40,785 nucleotides of DNA. It comes from Myxococcota bacterium (GTDB taxonomy: Bacteria; Myxococcota_A; UBA796; GCA-2862545). Position numbers and translations under genes: made by a program. The stretch spans positions 1-40,785 of the forward strand of contig JBLFXJ010000020.1 in NCBI GenBank assembly GCA_047609825.1, read 5' to 3'. Below are positions 7,099 through 15,879 of the stretch, one piece after another (the stretch's first letter is position 1; each line of letters starts with the position of its first letter). The notes beneath the pieces were generated by a model. That model saw nothing but the letters and a program-made list of their open reading frames with translations. It did not search any database and was not told the DNA's origin.

Positions 7099-10053
7099 CT
7101 AAGTCGCGGGGTCGGCGCGCACCGTCTCGGTGAGCTCGCGGAGGAAGGCCCAGGCCAGCGGGGGGTGGTCGTCGATCAGCTCCGTGAGCACCGCGCCGGA
7201 GAATGACAGCACCGTCGTGTCGCTGATCGCGACGACATCGGCTGAGCGGGGACCGGGCGAGAACACGTCCAGCTCGCCAAACACGGCCCCCACGGTCAGC
7301 TCGGCGAGCTGCGCGCCGCGCAGCTCCACCCGAACGCTGCCGCTGACCACCACGAACACCGGCCCGGACGGGTCGCCCGCCCGTACCAACACCGTCCCGG
7401 CAGCGACCTCCGCCACCTCGCAACGGGCGGCGAACGACACCAGCGTGCCGTCGTCCAATGCCTGGAATGGTGCAGCGCGGTGCAGCGCCAGGGCTCTCTC
7501 CCACAAGGGTAGCACAGGCGCCTCCGATTCAAGTAGCAGGGTCATGAGGGGGTCTTCGGGCCGGTCGTGGGCGGGCAACAGGGTCACCGCCAGGGCCGCA
7601 CGAAGCAGCGGGGACTGGGTGGGGTCGTCGGCCAGGCGCTGGGCAGTCGCGCGGGCGTCACCGGCCCGGGGGACGCCGTCGCCGAGCATGGCCTCTGCGA
7701 GCGGCACCAGCCACCGACGGCGCCCGGGCGGCAGGGTGGTGTCGAGCAGCTCCAGCGCCACCGCGGGATCGCCGCGCCGCGCGCCCGTGAGCACGGCGAC
7801 AGCATGCGGATCGGCCTCCGCCACGCTCCTGAGCAGGGCCGACGAGCGCACCAGCGTTCCGCGCACGGCCCGGTGCCACGCCAGCGCCGCCAGCCCGCTG
7901 AGTCCCCGTGCGGCGAGCAACGCGTCGGCACAGCGACGCTCCTGCGCGAGCAACGCCTGGAATACCGTCGCCTCTGGGGGCACCGCGCTCGGCTGCGACA
8001 GCGCGACCACCGCGCGGGTGCGCACGTCAGGGTAGGCCGCGGCCCGTACCAGCAGATCGGTGGCGTGTGCGCCCGGGCTGCGGGACGCGACCGAGATGGC
8101 GAGCGGCCGCACGATCGGGTCGTGCAGGTGGTCTGCGATGAATCGAGCGCCGCCGGCCAGCGCGAGCGCGTCCCGGACGGCCCGGCTCATCGCCGGGTCA
8201 TGCAGGGGGAGGCGCGCGGCCAGCGCTGGGGCGCCTATCGCACCCACCGCGTCCACCGCCGCCAGGCGGGTCGCGAGGTCGGGATGGCTCAGCAGCGACT
8301 CCAGGTGGGCGGCGAGGCCGACCCGCCGGCTGCCCCCGACCACGCGCGCGAGCCGCACGCCAGCCTCAGAAGCACTGAGTCGCTCGAGGGCGGCGAGTGC
8401 GGTGGGCAGGGTGCGTTCACCACCGTGGGCGAGGAGATGGGTCAGTGCGGCGTCGGTGACCGCGGGGTCGGAGTGTGTGAGGAATGGCGCCACCGAGCGG
8501 CCCTGACCCGACACGGCCAGCGCCTCGATCATCGCGATCTGGGCGTCGGCGTCGGGCTCTGCCCCGACCAGATCCTCCAGCCGTCCCACTTCAGTGGGCC
8601 CGGGTCCCAGGGTGGTCAACACCTGCGCGCTCGCAGCCCGCACCCGGGCGTCCGCGTGGATCAGACCCGCAGAGATCTCCTCGCCAACGGAGAATCGGCC
8701 GACCCGCAGGGCGAGCAGGGCGGCGTTGGCGTCGACATTGGCCAGGGACTCCGCGGGGGCGGCCAGCACGGTGTCGGACTGGAATCGGGGGGCGAGGGTG
8801 TCGCGCAGCAACACGGGGTATGCCCGGGCGACAACCAGCGCCGCACCCACCGTGCCGAGCACCAACCCGGCGGTGGCGACAAGGGCTGTGGTGCCAGATC
8901 CGCCGTACCGCGCGACCAGCAGCAGGCCGATGCCTGCCACCCCGGTGGTGAGTGGGCCCACCACGCCGTCGTACCAGGTGAGCGCGCGCACCTGATGTGT
9001 CGCGGGCAACGCGCGGACGAGCGTGCGCACGCTCGGGCCGGTGAACGCGGTGACGGACGCCTCGTTGCCGGCCTTAATCGCCACGATCATCGAGAACACG
9101 AGCAGGTCCGGAGCGCCCAGGCCCAGCCCGACCAGCGCGCCGAGCACCCCGACGGACATCGCGAGCGGGTTGCCCAACAGACCACCGCTGGGACCGGCAC
9201 GCCGCAGCACCCACGGTGAGAGTGCGGCCGTGGCCACCAGGGCCACCAGCGTCATTCCGCCCATGTAGCGGCCGAAGAACACCGCGAGGGCCTCGGGATC
9301 CGGGTACTGCCGCGCCACAGCATCCATGAACGCGAAGTCCGCCACATACGCGCTCGCGGTGGCCAGCGCGTCGTAGGCGAGCAGGGCCACGACGAATCGG
9401 CGCGCGGGGAGCGCCAGCGCAGGGGCTGACCCTCCGCTGGTGTCGCGCACTCGCCGCCCGCGGGCCGTGACCGTGGCCACAGCGGCCGCTCCACCCAGCA
9501 TCAGGGTCACCAGGGCCAGCAGGTGCACCGTGCCGAGCAGGCCCACGATCGCGTCATTGAACACGCCGTAGCTGAGCACCCCGAGCACCACTCCGAGGGT
9601 GAGCAGCGGCAGCAGCCTGCGGCTCTGGCGGAGGTCCAGCAGCGCGTTCGCCTGGCTCCACAAGGCCAGGTTGCCCAACGTCCACAGCACCCGGAACCAC
9701 ACCGGCCCGAGGAAGGTGAGGGCCGCGTCGGTCGGTGCCCGCAGCAGCCCCACCCACTGCACTGCGACCGAGCCCGCCAGCGCCACGAGGGTGCCCACAG
9801 CCACCGCGCGCAGCCCGAACGCTAGCTCTGCCGCCGAGAATGACCAGCCAAAAGCGGTGACGATGGCCGCCGCCGCCAGGTAGGTCCATGGCACGTGCGC
9901 TGAGGTCCAAACGTACAGAAAGTGGGCGTTCGCCGTAGAATAAAACGCGATCATCGCCACGCCGAGCAGCCAGGCCTGCGCGAACAGGCCGACGAACTGT
10001 CCCACCTGATCTCGCCGCAGTCCCAGGCGATCGGCGATGGGGCGTGGGATCAC
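7099..10053 (-). CDS. Multidomain membrane protein: an N-terminal MFS/TLC (ATP:ADP-antiporter-like) transporter domain of about 12 TM, central HEAT/PBS-lyase-like repeats, and a C-terminal cyclic-nucleotide-binding domain
   Basis: There are many hydrophobic helices in the first ~430 aa. Repeated A/L-rich HEAT-like segments follow (..DPAVTDAALTHLLAHGGERTLPTALAAL.. and similar). The C-terminal cNMP-binding domain is VLVRAGDPSGPVFVVVSGSVRVEL...GAVFGELDVF...RSADVVA. Confidence 0.6.
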   Translation of the reverse strand: MIPRPIADRLGLRRDQVGQFVGLFAQAWLLGVAMIAFYSTANAHFLYVWTSAHVPWTYLAAAAIVTAFGWSFSAAELAFGLRAVAVGTLVALAGSVAVQWVGLLRAPTDAALTFLGPVWFRVLWTLGNLALWSQANALLDLRQSRRLLPLLTLGVVLGVLSYGVFNDAIVGLLGTVHLLALVTLMLGGAAAVATVTARGRRVRDTSGGSAPALALPARRFVVALLAYDALATASAYVADFAFMDAVARQYPDPEALAVFFGRYMGGMTLVALVATAALSPWVLRRAGPSGGLLGNPLAMSVGVLGALVGLGLGAPDLLVFSMIVAIKAGNEASVTAFTGPSVRTLVRALPATHQVRALTWYDGVVGPLTTGVAGIGLLLVARYGGSGTTALVATAGLVLGTVGAALVVARAYPVLLRDTLAPRFQSDTVLAAPAESLANVDANAALLALRVGRFSVGEEISAGLIHADARVRAASAQVLTTLGPGPTEVGRLEDLVGAEPDADAQIAMIEALAVSGQGRSVAPFLTHSDPAVTDAALTHLLAHGGERTLPTALAALERLSASEAGVRLARVVGGSRRVGLAAHLESLLSHPDLATRLAAVDAVGAIGAPALAARLPLHDPAMSRAVRDALALAGGARFIADHLHDPIVRPLAISVASRSPGAHATDLLVRAAAYPDVRTRAVVALSQPSAVPPEATVFQALLAQERRCADALLAARGLSGLAALAWHRAVRGTLVRSSALLRSVAEADPHAVAVLTGARRGDPAVALELLDTTLPPGRRRWLVPLAEAMLGDGVPRAGDARATAQRLADDPTQSPLLRAALAVTLLPAHDRPEDPLMTLLLESEAPVLPLWERALALHRAAPFQALDDGTLVSFAARCEVAEVAAGTVLVRAGDPSGPVFVVVSGSVRVELRGAQLAELTVGAVFGELDVFSPGPRSADVVAISDTTVLSFSGAVLTELIDDHPPLAWAFLRELTETVRADPAT

Positions 10054-10242
10054 GAAGGCGGCTCGAGCGTGCGGCCGCTGGCGCGGGCGGAACCACGGGA
10101 GCAGAGCGTCACATCGTCCTCCGGAGGCGCGAGTATCGCCAGGTCACTTCCGGTGGCAACCCGGCCGGCCCATCATCGGCCGCTCCGTTGCGGGGAAGCC
10201 CACCGGGGCCTCGACCATTACCGTGGCACGACGAGGTGGCGC

Positions 10243-11742
10243 ATGTGGCTCGTGATGCTGATCCTGGTGGGATGTGCGAAGCGACCGCCCGCATCCGATG
10301 CCCTGGTGCTGGCCTCCGTGCCCGACGCCCCGCTCACCCGGCGGGTCACGCTGACCCTCGACCGCCCCGGCACCGCGGCCGTGGAGGTCGACGACGGGAT
10401 GGCGGTGTGGACGGTGACCTCGGATGCGGTGGCGCGTCGGCACGAGCTCACCCTGCTCGGCCTGCCCTCCGACTCGAAGGTCACGCTGGTGCCGGTGCTC
10501 GACGGCACCCGTGGTCAGCCGATGGTCGTGCGCATACCGCCCGTTCCCGGTGCCCCGTTCATCGAGGTTCTCGCCGATTCTGGCCCCGAAGATCGATCCG
10601 GCTGGACCTTGTTCAATGTCGAAGCGCTTGGGGGCGGTCTCCCGAGCGGCCTCGCCGTACTCGACGAGCACCTCCGGCTGGTGCACTGGCTGACCGTGGA
10701 TCCAGGATTCGGGGATGTGCAGATCGGGCCCGACGGCGACCTGGTCGGTCTCGCGGGCGGGAACATCGTGCGCATGGATCTGTGCGGACGCGAGCTCGCG
10801 CGCATCGGCCCGGCGATCGGTGCGGTGGTGCCGGTGGACCTGCCCGAGTCGCTCCACCACGAGGTGATCCCGCTGGACGACGGCAGCTTCGTGGCGCTGT
10901 CGGCCGAGTCGCGGGACGTGCCCGCCTTCCCCACCAGCTACGCCCGGCCAGATGTGCTCGCGCCGGCGACCATCCGCGACGCGTTGGTGGTGCACATCGC
11001 GCCGGACGGGAGGCTGCTGCGGCGGGTGTCGATGGCCGACCTGCTGGACACGCGGCGCATCGGGTTCGACGCCCGCAGTGACCGTGAGGGCGGCGTGTTC
11101 GACTGGGCGCACGCGAACGGCATCGCCATCGCCGACGACGGCACCTGGCTCGTGAGTCTGCGACATCAAGACGCCATCGTGGGCGTATCGCAAGATGATT
11201 CGCTGGCCTTCATCCTGTCGGATCCGGGGGGATGGGTGGCGCCTTGGACCGACGTGCTGATCGTTCCGGACGATCCCGCATACCATCAGCACGCCCCGGC
11301 GATGGATGGTAACGGTCGATTGGTTCTGTTCGACAACCATAATGACGGTGCGACCCCCTACGGTGAGACATCGAGGCGTCCGGCGTTGTCCCGCGCGCTG
11401 GCATGGGATCTGGACCTCGAGGCGGGCACCGCGATCCGGGCGTGGCAGTCCTACGAGACTGCCACTGGGCCGCTGTACGCCGACGCGGTGGGCGATGCGG
11501 ACCCGCTCCCGGGCGGCACGGTCCTGGTGACCTATGGCACGCTACGCAACGAAGAAGGGCTTTCGCCGGATGACACCCCGGGTCCATCGTGGGCGCGCAT
11601 CGTGGAAGTAGACCCCGCAACCGACGCTGTGCACATGGACGTACGGATCACGCTGCCCGGTGCTGACCGGGGCGTGCGGGTGTACCGGGCGGAGCGCATC
11701 GCGCCGCTCACTGAGCGCGACGCTGCAGCGGTGTGCCGCTAG
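10243..11742 (+). CDS. Lipoprotein, putatively an arylsulfotransferase (ASST)-like beta-propeller
   Basis: The lipoprotein signal is MWLVMLILVGC (ATG 10243), which lies internal to the longer 9922 ORF whose N-terminal extension is Arg-rich junk. The motifs FDWAHANGIA and HHEV fall in a beta-rich periplasmic domain. The family assignment is tentative. Confidence 0.5.
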   Translation: MWLVMLILVGCAKRPPASDALVLASVPDAPLTRRVTLTLDRPGTAAVEVDDGMAVWTVTSDAVARRHELTLLGLPSDSKVTLVPVLDGTRGQPMVVRIPPVPGAPFIEVLADSGPEDRSGWTLFNVEALGGGLPSGLAVLDEHLRLVHWLTVDPGFGDVQIGPDGDLVGLAGGNIVRMDLCGRELARIGPAIGAVVPVDLPESLHHEVIPLDDGSFVALSAESRDVPAFPTSYARPDVLAPATIRDALVVHIAPDGRLLRRVSMADLLDTRRIGFDARSDREGGVFDWAHANGIAIADDGTWLVSLRHQDAIVGVSQDDSLAFILSDPGGWVAPWTDVLIVPDDPAYHQHAPAMDGNGRLVLFDNHNDGATPYGETSRRPALSRALAWDLDLEAGTAIRAWQSYETATGPLYADAVGDADPLPGGTVLVTYGTLRNEEGLSPDDTPGPSWARIVEVDPATDAVHMDVRITLPGADRGVRVYRAERIAPLTERDAAAVCR

Positions 11743-12455
11743 CCGGCCGTGACCGTGCAGTGCCCCTCGCCGTCCACGTGACCCACGGTGGTGGCCGCTC
11801 GCTGCACGAAGTCCCACAGAGTGACCACATCCCCGTGGGGGCCGACGCCATACCCAGTCCCCTGAACCGGCGTTGCTTGGAGCTCCTCGGGCGTCAGCCT
11901 CCCGTCCAGGTCCGCGTCTGCGTCCATGAATGCCAGCCCACGAACCACGGCGTCCGGATCCGCCAGGTCGTCATAGAACAGGTGGTCGCCGTGCACGGTG
12001 AGCTCGGTGCGTGCCAGCTCCATGCTCAGGGTGCCGCCCAGGTCGCAGTCGTAGGACGCTGGCTCCATGAGGTCCCAGTCGAACGTCGCTGTGGCGTCAC
12101 CGCAGGTGAGCACACCGGCCACTGCGATGGAGGGTCCGTCGCCGCCGTCGACGACCACTGTCAACCGCTCCACCGCCGCCGACGGGAGGTCCGCCTGCGC
12201 GATGCGCTGGGGCTCGTCCTGCACGAGGTCGCGCCGAGTGGCCCGATCCGACGATGCGAGTGGCCCCTCCGTGCTGTCCAGCGACCACTTCGCCACCACG
12301 ACTTCGAACCGATCGAAGGTCACCGAGCAGCCATCGACGAACACGGTGTCGTCGATCCCTTCGGCGATGAACAATTCGCCCCAGGTGTCGAGGGACCAGG
12401 TTGTCTCGGCTTGGGCACAGCCGAACAGGATCATCCAAGGGGCAGAACGAAGCAT
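11739..12455 (-). CDS. Lipoprotein with a canonical EF-hand Ca-binding loop; last gene of the TonB-dependent uptake operon
   Basis: The lipobox is ILFGC. DADLDGRLTPEE matches the 12-residue EF-hand loop consensus (D-x-D-x-D-G-x-L-T-x-x-E). Its ATG overlaps the upstream stop as ATGA. The convergent stop shares CTAG with the 10243 gene. Confidence 0.5.
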   Translation of the reverse strand: MLRSAPWMILFGCAQAETTWSLDTWGELFIAEGIDDTVFVDGCSVTFDRFEVVVAKWSLDSTEGPLASSDRATRRDLVQDEPQRIAQADLPSAAVERLTVVVDGGDGPSIAVAGVLTCGDATATFDWDLMEPASYDCDLGGTLSMELARTELTVHGDHLFYDDLADPDAVVRGLAFMDADADLDGRLTPEELQATPVQGTGYGVGPHGDVVTLWDFVQRAATTVGHVDGEGHCTVTAG

Positions 12456-12994
12456 CAGTGGGCCTCCAGCATCCAGGCTCGGGTAGACACGACGCCGAAC
12501 CGCACGGCCTCGTCGGTGATCGCGTCGGGGTCGGCTTCGGAGAGCGCAGCGTCCGCCGACCAGGTGAGGGTGAGCTGCTCGGGTCCGCGGAGGCGGAGTG
12601 ACACCGGCAGCCCGGTCACGTCCTGGTCCACGTCCAGCGCCAGTGTCTCGCCGTCCCGCGTGAGCTCCACGGTGTGCACGGTGAACGACGCCTCAACATA
12701 GTGCCCGGCATAGGCAGCCAGCTCGCCCAGAGCGCGCGGCTCGTCGTCAAGCTGCCACTGTCCCAGCAGCTCCGCACCCACGTCTCCGGCGACGCCATGT
12801 CCCGGGTGTGCCCATGCAGCCGTGAGGGGTGTGAGGCCGGCAGTCGAGGGCCAGTGCAGGCGAAGGTCGGAGATCTCCACCGCAGCTGCCGACCACTGCC
12901 CGGTGTTCGCGACACCGGTCACTGGAATCTGGAGATTTACCACGGACACCGGCGCGCATCCGGCGGCGATGCCGAGCAGGAGCGCGAACTGCAT
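12455..12994 (-). CDS. Small lipoprotein (179 aa) in the TonB-dependent uptake operon
   Basis: The internal Met MQFALLLGIAAGC (a lipobox) is the true start. The long 12455..13864 ORF is an Arg-rich artefact upstream of it. ATGA overlaps occur at both ends (12992-12996 and 12453-12457). Confidence 0.55.
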   Translation of the reverse strand: MQFALLLGIAAGCAPVSVVNLQIPVTGVANTGQWSAAAVEISDLRLHWPSTAGLTPLTAAWAHPGHGVAGDVGAELLGQWQLDDEPRALGELAAYAGHYVEASFTVHTVELTRDGETLALDVDQDVTGLPVSLRLRGPEQLTLTWSADAALSEADPDAITDEAVRFGVVSTRAWMLEAH

Positions 12995-14904
12995 CACAGC
13001 CTCCAGGTGACGGTGCCGCGCACCGCCCGAGGCTGACCGGCCGCGATATGGGCCACCGGTCGGTGGGTGTCGGGGGCGTCGGGAGACTGGCGAGACGTGA
13101 ACACGAACGCCCCCTCTTGCCAGTGTCGGCCGGCCAGATTCTCGGCGGACAGACCGACCGACCACGCCGAAAAGTCGAGGGTTGCGGTGGCGTCTGCGGT
13201 GGCGACCGGCGCTGTGGCCAGGCCGAGTGGCAGCGGTCGCGGGCCGACGGCGCGGCCCCACAAGCCCGCCGTGAGGTGTCCCCGTCCGGCGTGCAGGTGG
13301 AGCAGCGACACGCCGACTCCGCCGATCCATCGGGGCGCATAGGGGACCGGCTCGCCGGTGTCCGGGCGGCGCGCGTCCACGGCGGTGAGGTCGGTGTCCA
13401 CCCGGATGGCTTCGACCGGCTGCCATGAGGCCACTGCTGCGACCCCTCGGCGCTCGGTGTCGCCCGCGGCGATGGCCCTGCCGGCGGTGTGGTCGAAGAT
13501 CGGCTCGTCGGAGACCCGGGCGCCGAACGCGGTCAGCCGGATGTCCACGGTGCCCGGTGCGACCCGGACGCCGACCTCGGCGGATGTGGACTGGGTGGGG
13601 GCGCCGGTGCCGGGCGCCTGCGCGGTTGCCGGCGCATACCCCCGGCCGGCGGATGCGAGCAGCGCGGCGTCGGATCCCAGATGCACGACGGCGCGTCCCG
13701 ACGGGCCGATGCTGTGCCCCGGGAGCGATCCTCCTGGCAGGTCGAGGGCGGTCGCCGAGGCCCGGACCCCGGGCGTGAACTCCACGGGTCCGGCGGTCGC
13801 CGCCAGCTCGGTCCACGCGGCGGCCTCGCTCGCACCCCAGCGGCTCGCGTCCGGCACTCCCCACTCGTCGCCGGAGCGGCCGACGGAGGCCTCGCGGGAG
13901 TCTCCCGAATCGTGACGCAGCTCACCGCCCGCCCGCCACCACAGCGGGTCGGCCACCCGGAGTGCCACCCGCGAGCGGGCCCCGGCGCCGACGGTGCGCT
14001 GGTCCTGGTGGGTGGCGTCGCCGCGCTTCGGGTGCACCGTGAACCCGGTGAATGACTGGTCGAGGTCCAGGTCGCGCCACCCGGCCCACGCGGTGGTGTC
14101 GGCGGTGAGCCGCTCGGTGATCAGCGTCCATCGGCTGACGCTGAGGATCTTGCGGGACAGGCCGCCGCCGGCGTGGGGATGCGCTGCGTATGGATCCGCA
14201 GCATGCTCCTCGGGCCGCAGGACGCCGGGGTTGGTGAACGCCGTGACCCCGCCGAGCACGAACGCCTGCAGCTCGCTCGGTCCCTCCGTGTGCTGCACGC
14301 CGCCGCCGCCCCGGGCGAGGTGGAACTCCCGGCCGGGTGCGCCGCCGGTCCCGCCCCCGGCCTCGGCGACGAGGAACGAGCCGGCCTCGGCCTTGCGAGG
14401 GCGCCAGGCCAGCGCCGCCTCTCCGCTCCCATCGCTCCCGCCTCCAGCGGTCAGCGCCAGCCCGCGCTGGTCGAGTCCGACGGAGTACGACGCGCTCCCG
14501 GCGATGGCGAACGCGCCGTCCATCGGGCGGGGAGTTCCGGCACGGACGGCGAGCCCCCGCACCACGGACGGCGGCAGGAAGGCCAGGTCCACGTAGCCAT
14601 TGCCGTGCAGATTGGACCATTCGTTCATCGGCGCACCTTCGATATCGACGGCGAAGGATGTGCCGTGCTCTGCGTCGAACCCGCGCACCAGGAGCTGCTG
14701 CGGCTTGCCGCGTCCGCCGTGGCTCGCGAGGTGCAGTCCAGGCGTAGCGCGTAGCCAGTCTTCGGCGCTGCGGGCTGGGCGGGCGGAGAGGTCGGTGCGG
14801 TCGAGCGTGCGCGCCGCCGCGGCGTCGATGGGCGCGTCCTCTTCGACGAGCACCTCGACGATGTCGAACTCTGGCAGTGGTGGGGGTGGAGGCGGCAGCG
14901 GCAT
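12994..14904 (-). CDS. TonB-dependent outer-membrane receptor-like protein
   Basis: The plug-domain-like motif is QQLLVRGFDAEHGTSFAVDIEGAPMNE (compare IRGF...VDGVP.ND). It has a long beta-rich C-terminal region of about 600 aa ending ..TWRL. The start is taken at MPLPPPPPPLPEFDIVEV (ATG 14904..14902, an ATGA overlap with the DUF4198 gene). There is no classical signal peptide at this start. Confidence 0.6.
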   Translation of the reverse strand: MPLPPPPPPLPEFDIVEVLVEEDAPIDAAAARTLDRTDLSARPARSAEDWLRATPGLHLASHGGRGKPQQLLVRGFDAEHGTSFAVDIEGAPMNEWSNLHGNGYVDLAFLPPSVVRGLAVRAGTPRPMDGAFAIAGSASYSVGLDQRGLALTAGGGSDGSGEAALAWRPRKAEAGSFLVAEAGGGTGGAPGREFHLARGGGGVQHTEGPSELQAFVLGGVTAFTNPGVLRPEEHAADPYAAHPHAGGGLSRKILSVSRWTLITERLTADTTAWAGWRDLDLDQSFTGFTVHPKRGDATHQDQRTVGAGARSRVALRVADPLWWRAGGELRHDSGDSREASVGRSGDEWGVPDASRWGASEAAAWTELAATAGPVEFTPGVRASATALDLPGGSLPGHSIGPSGRAVVHLGSDAALLASAGRGYAPATAQAPGTGAPTQSTSAEVGVRVAPGTVDIRLTAFGARVSDEPIFDHTAGRAIAAGDTERRGVAAVASWQPVEAIRVDTDLTAVDARRPDTGEPVPYAPRWIGGVGVSLLHLHAGRGHLTAGLWGRAVGPRPLPLGLATAPVATADATATLDFSAWSVGLSAENLAGRHWQEGAFVFTSRQSPDAPDTHRPVAHIAAGQPRAVRGTVTWRL

Positions 14905-15713
14905 CACTCGGCCTCGGGCACCTGGATGCTGAACGCGGCCCAGTGGCTGGTCCAGGCGTCGCGTCCTGCGGCCTCGGCGGTGGTCGCCCGCAGGGTCCAT
15001 CGCCCAGGGGTGAGCGTGAACGTGGCGTGTCCCTTCCGGTCGGTCTGGTCGGCCAGAACCGCAGGAGTGGCCGCCTTGCCGAGTCGCTGCACGGCCTCGA
15101 CCTTCACATTGCGCACCGGCTCACCGTCTTGAAGCACGGTGAGCCCCAGCGGCCCCGGTCCGTCGAATGGGTTCGAGTGGAGCACGATCTCCAAGGTCTG
15201 CCCGACCACCTGGCTCCACACGGTGCCGCTGCTGTCGCCGTCCACCGCGAGCAGCACCTTCAGGGAGCGGTCGAAGGTGTCGGTCTGGGGCCCGTGCACG
15301 TGGGCGTGGCCGTCGTGCTCGTGCACGAGGTGGGTCAGGCCCTCCGACTCGAGGTGATGGGCGAAGGTCTCGGGGTCGAGCACCACCTCGGCAGCGGCCC
15401 GATCCAGCGTGAGCAGCGCCAGTCCAGGTGTGGCCGGAGCGGGGGTCTGCACGGCGGGGTTCGCGCGCCGGGGGTGGTCCGGGAGAAGGTCGGCGCGCCC
15501 GGCGGCGGTCCACAGCTCCAGGCGGGGGGTGCGCTCCTTCTCGAACGGGCGGATTTGCTCGATGTCGCCGTCGTCGCCCACCAGCAGCAGCATCCGCATG
15601 TCGGAGCCGGCGTCGGGGGTGAAGGTCTTCGGGAACAGCCAGTAGTCGTGTGCAGACGCGCTGGAGGCGAGCAGGAGGGCGAGCAACATGGGGCTCCGGG
15701 TGTTGCGGGTCAT
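14904..15713 (-). CDS. DUF4198-family periplasmic protein (of the type annotated as a nickel/cobalt-uptake component and found with TonB-dependent receptors)
   Basis: The signal peptide MLLALLLASSASA is followed by HDYWLFP, the characteristic mature N-terminus of DUF4198 proteins. It is the first gene of the operon, downstream of an AT-richer divergent promoter region. Confidence 0.6.
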   Translation of the reverse strand: MTRNTRSPMLLALLLASSASAHDYWLFPKTFTPDAGSDMRMLLLVGDDGDIEQIRPFEKERTPRLELWTAAGRADLLPDHPRRANPAVQTPAPATPGLALLTLDRAAAEVVLDPETFAHHLESEGLTHLVHEHDGHAHVHGPQTDTFDRSLKVLLAVDGDSSGTVWSQVVGQTLEIVLHSNPFDGPGPLGLTVLQDGEPVRNVKVEAVQRLGKAATPAVLADQTDRKGHATFTLTPGRWTLRATTAEAAGRDAWTSHWAAFSIQVPEAE

Positions 15714-15879
15714 CAGCCCATACGGCCGTGCCCCGCCGACGGATCACCCGGCGCGCCAGAAAGAAGTTTCGATGTTTATTGGCGTGGAAGAACCGGCATA
15801 AACAAAAAAGAATGTTCAACGGGTGATCCGCGGTCGGCCACGGCCCGTAGCAGTCAGCGCAACCCACACTGGAGGCTGA

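Noticed and set aside
7567-9219. 550-aa plus-strand ORF
   Set aside because: It is antisense to the TLC/HEAT/cNMP membrane protein gene, and its composition is Gly/Arg/Gln junk.
12455-13864. 469-aa minus-strand ORF
   Set aside because: Only the last 179 aa (from MQFALLLGIAAGC) look like a real lipoprotein. The N-terminal 290 aa are Arg/Gly/Pro junk overlapping the TonB-receptor gene in another frame.
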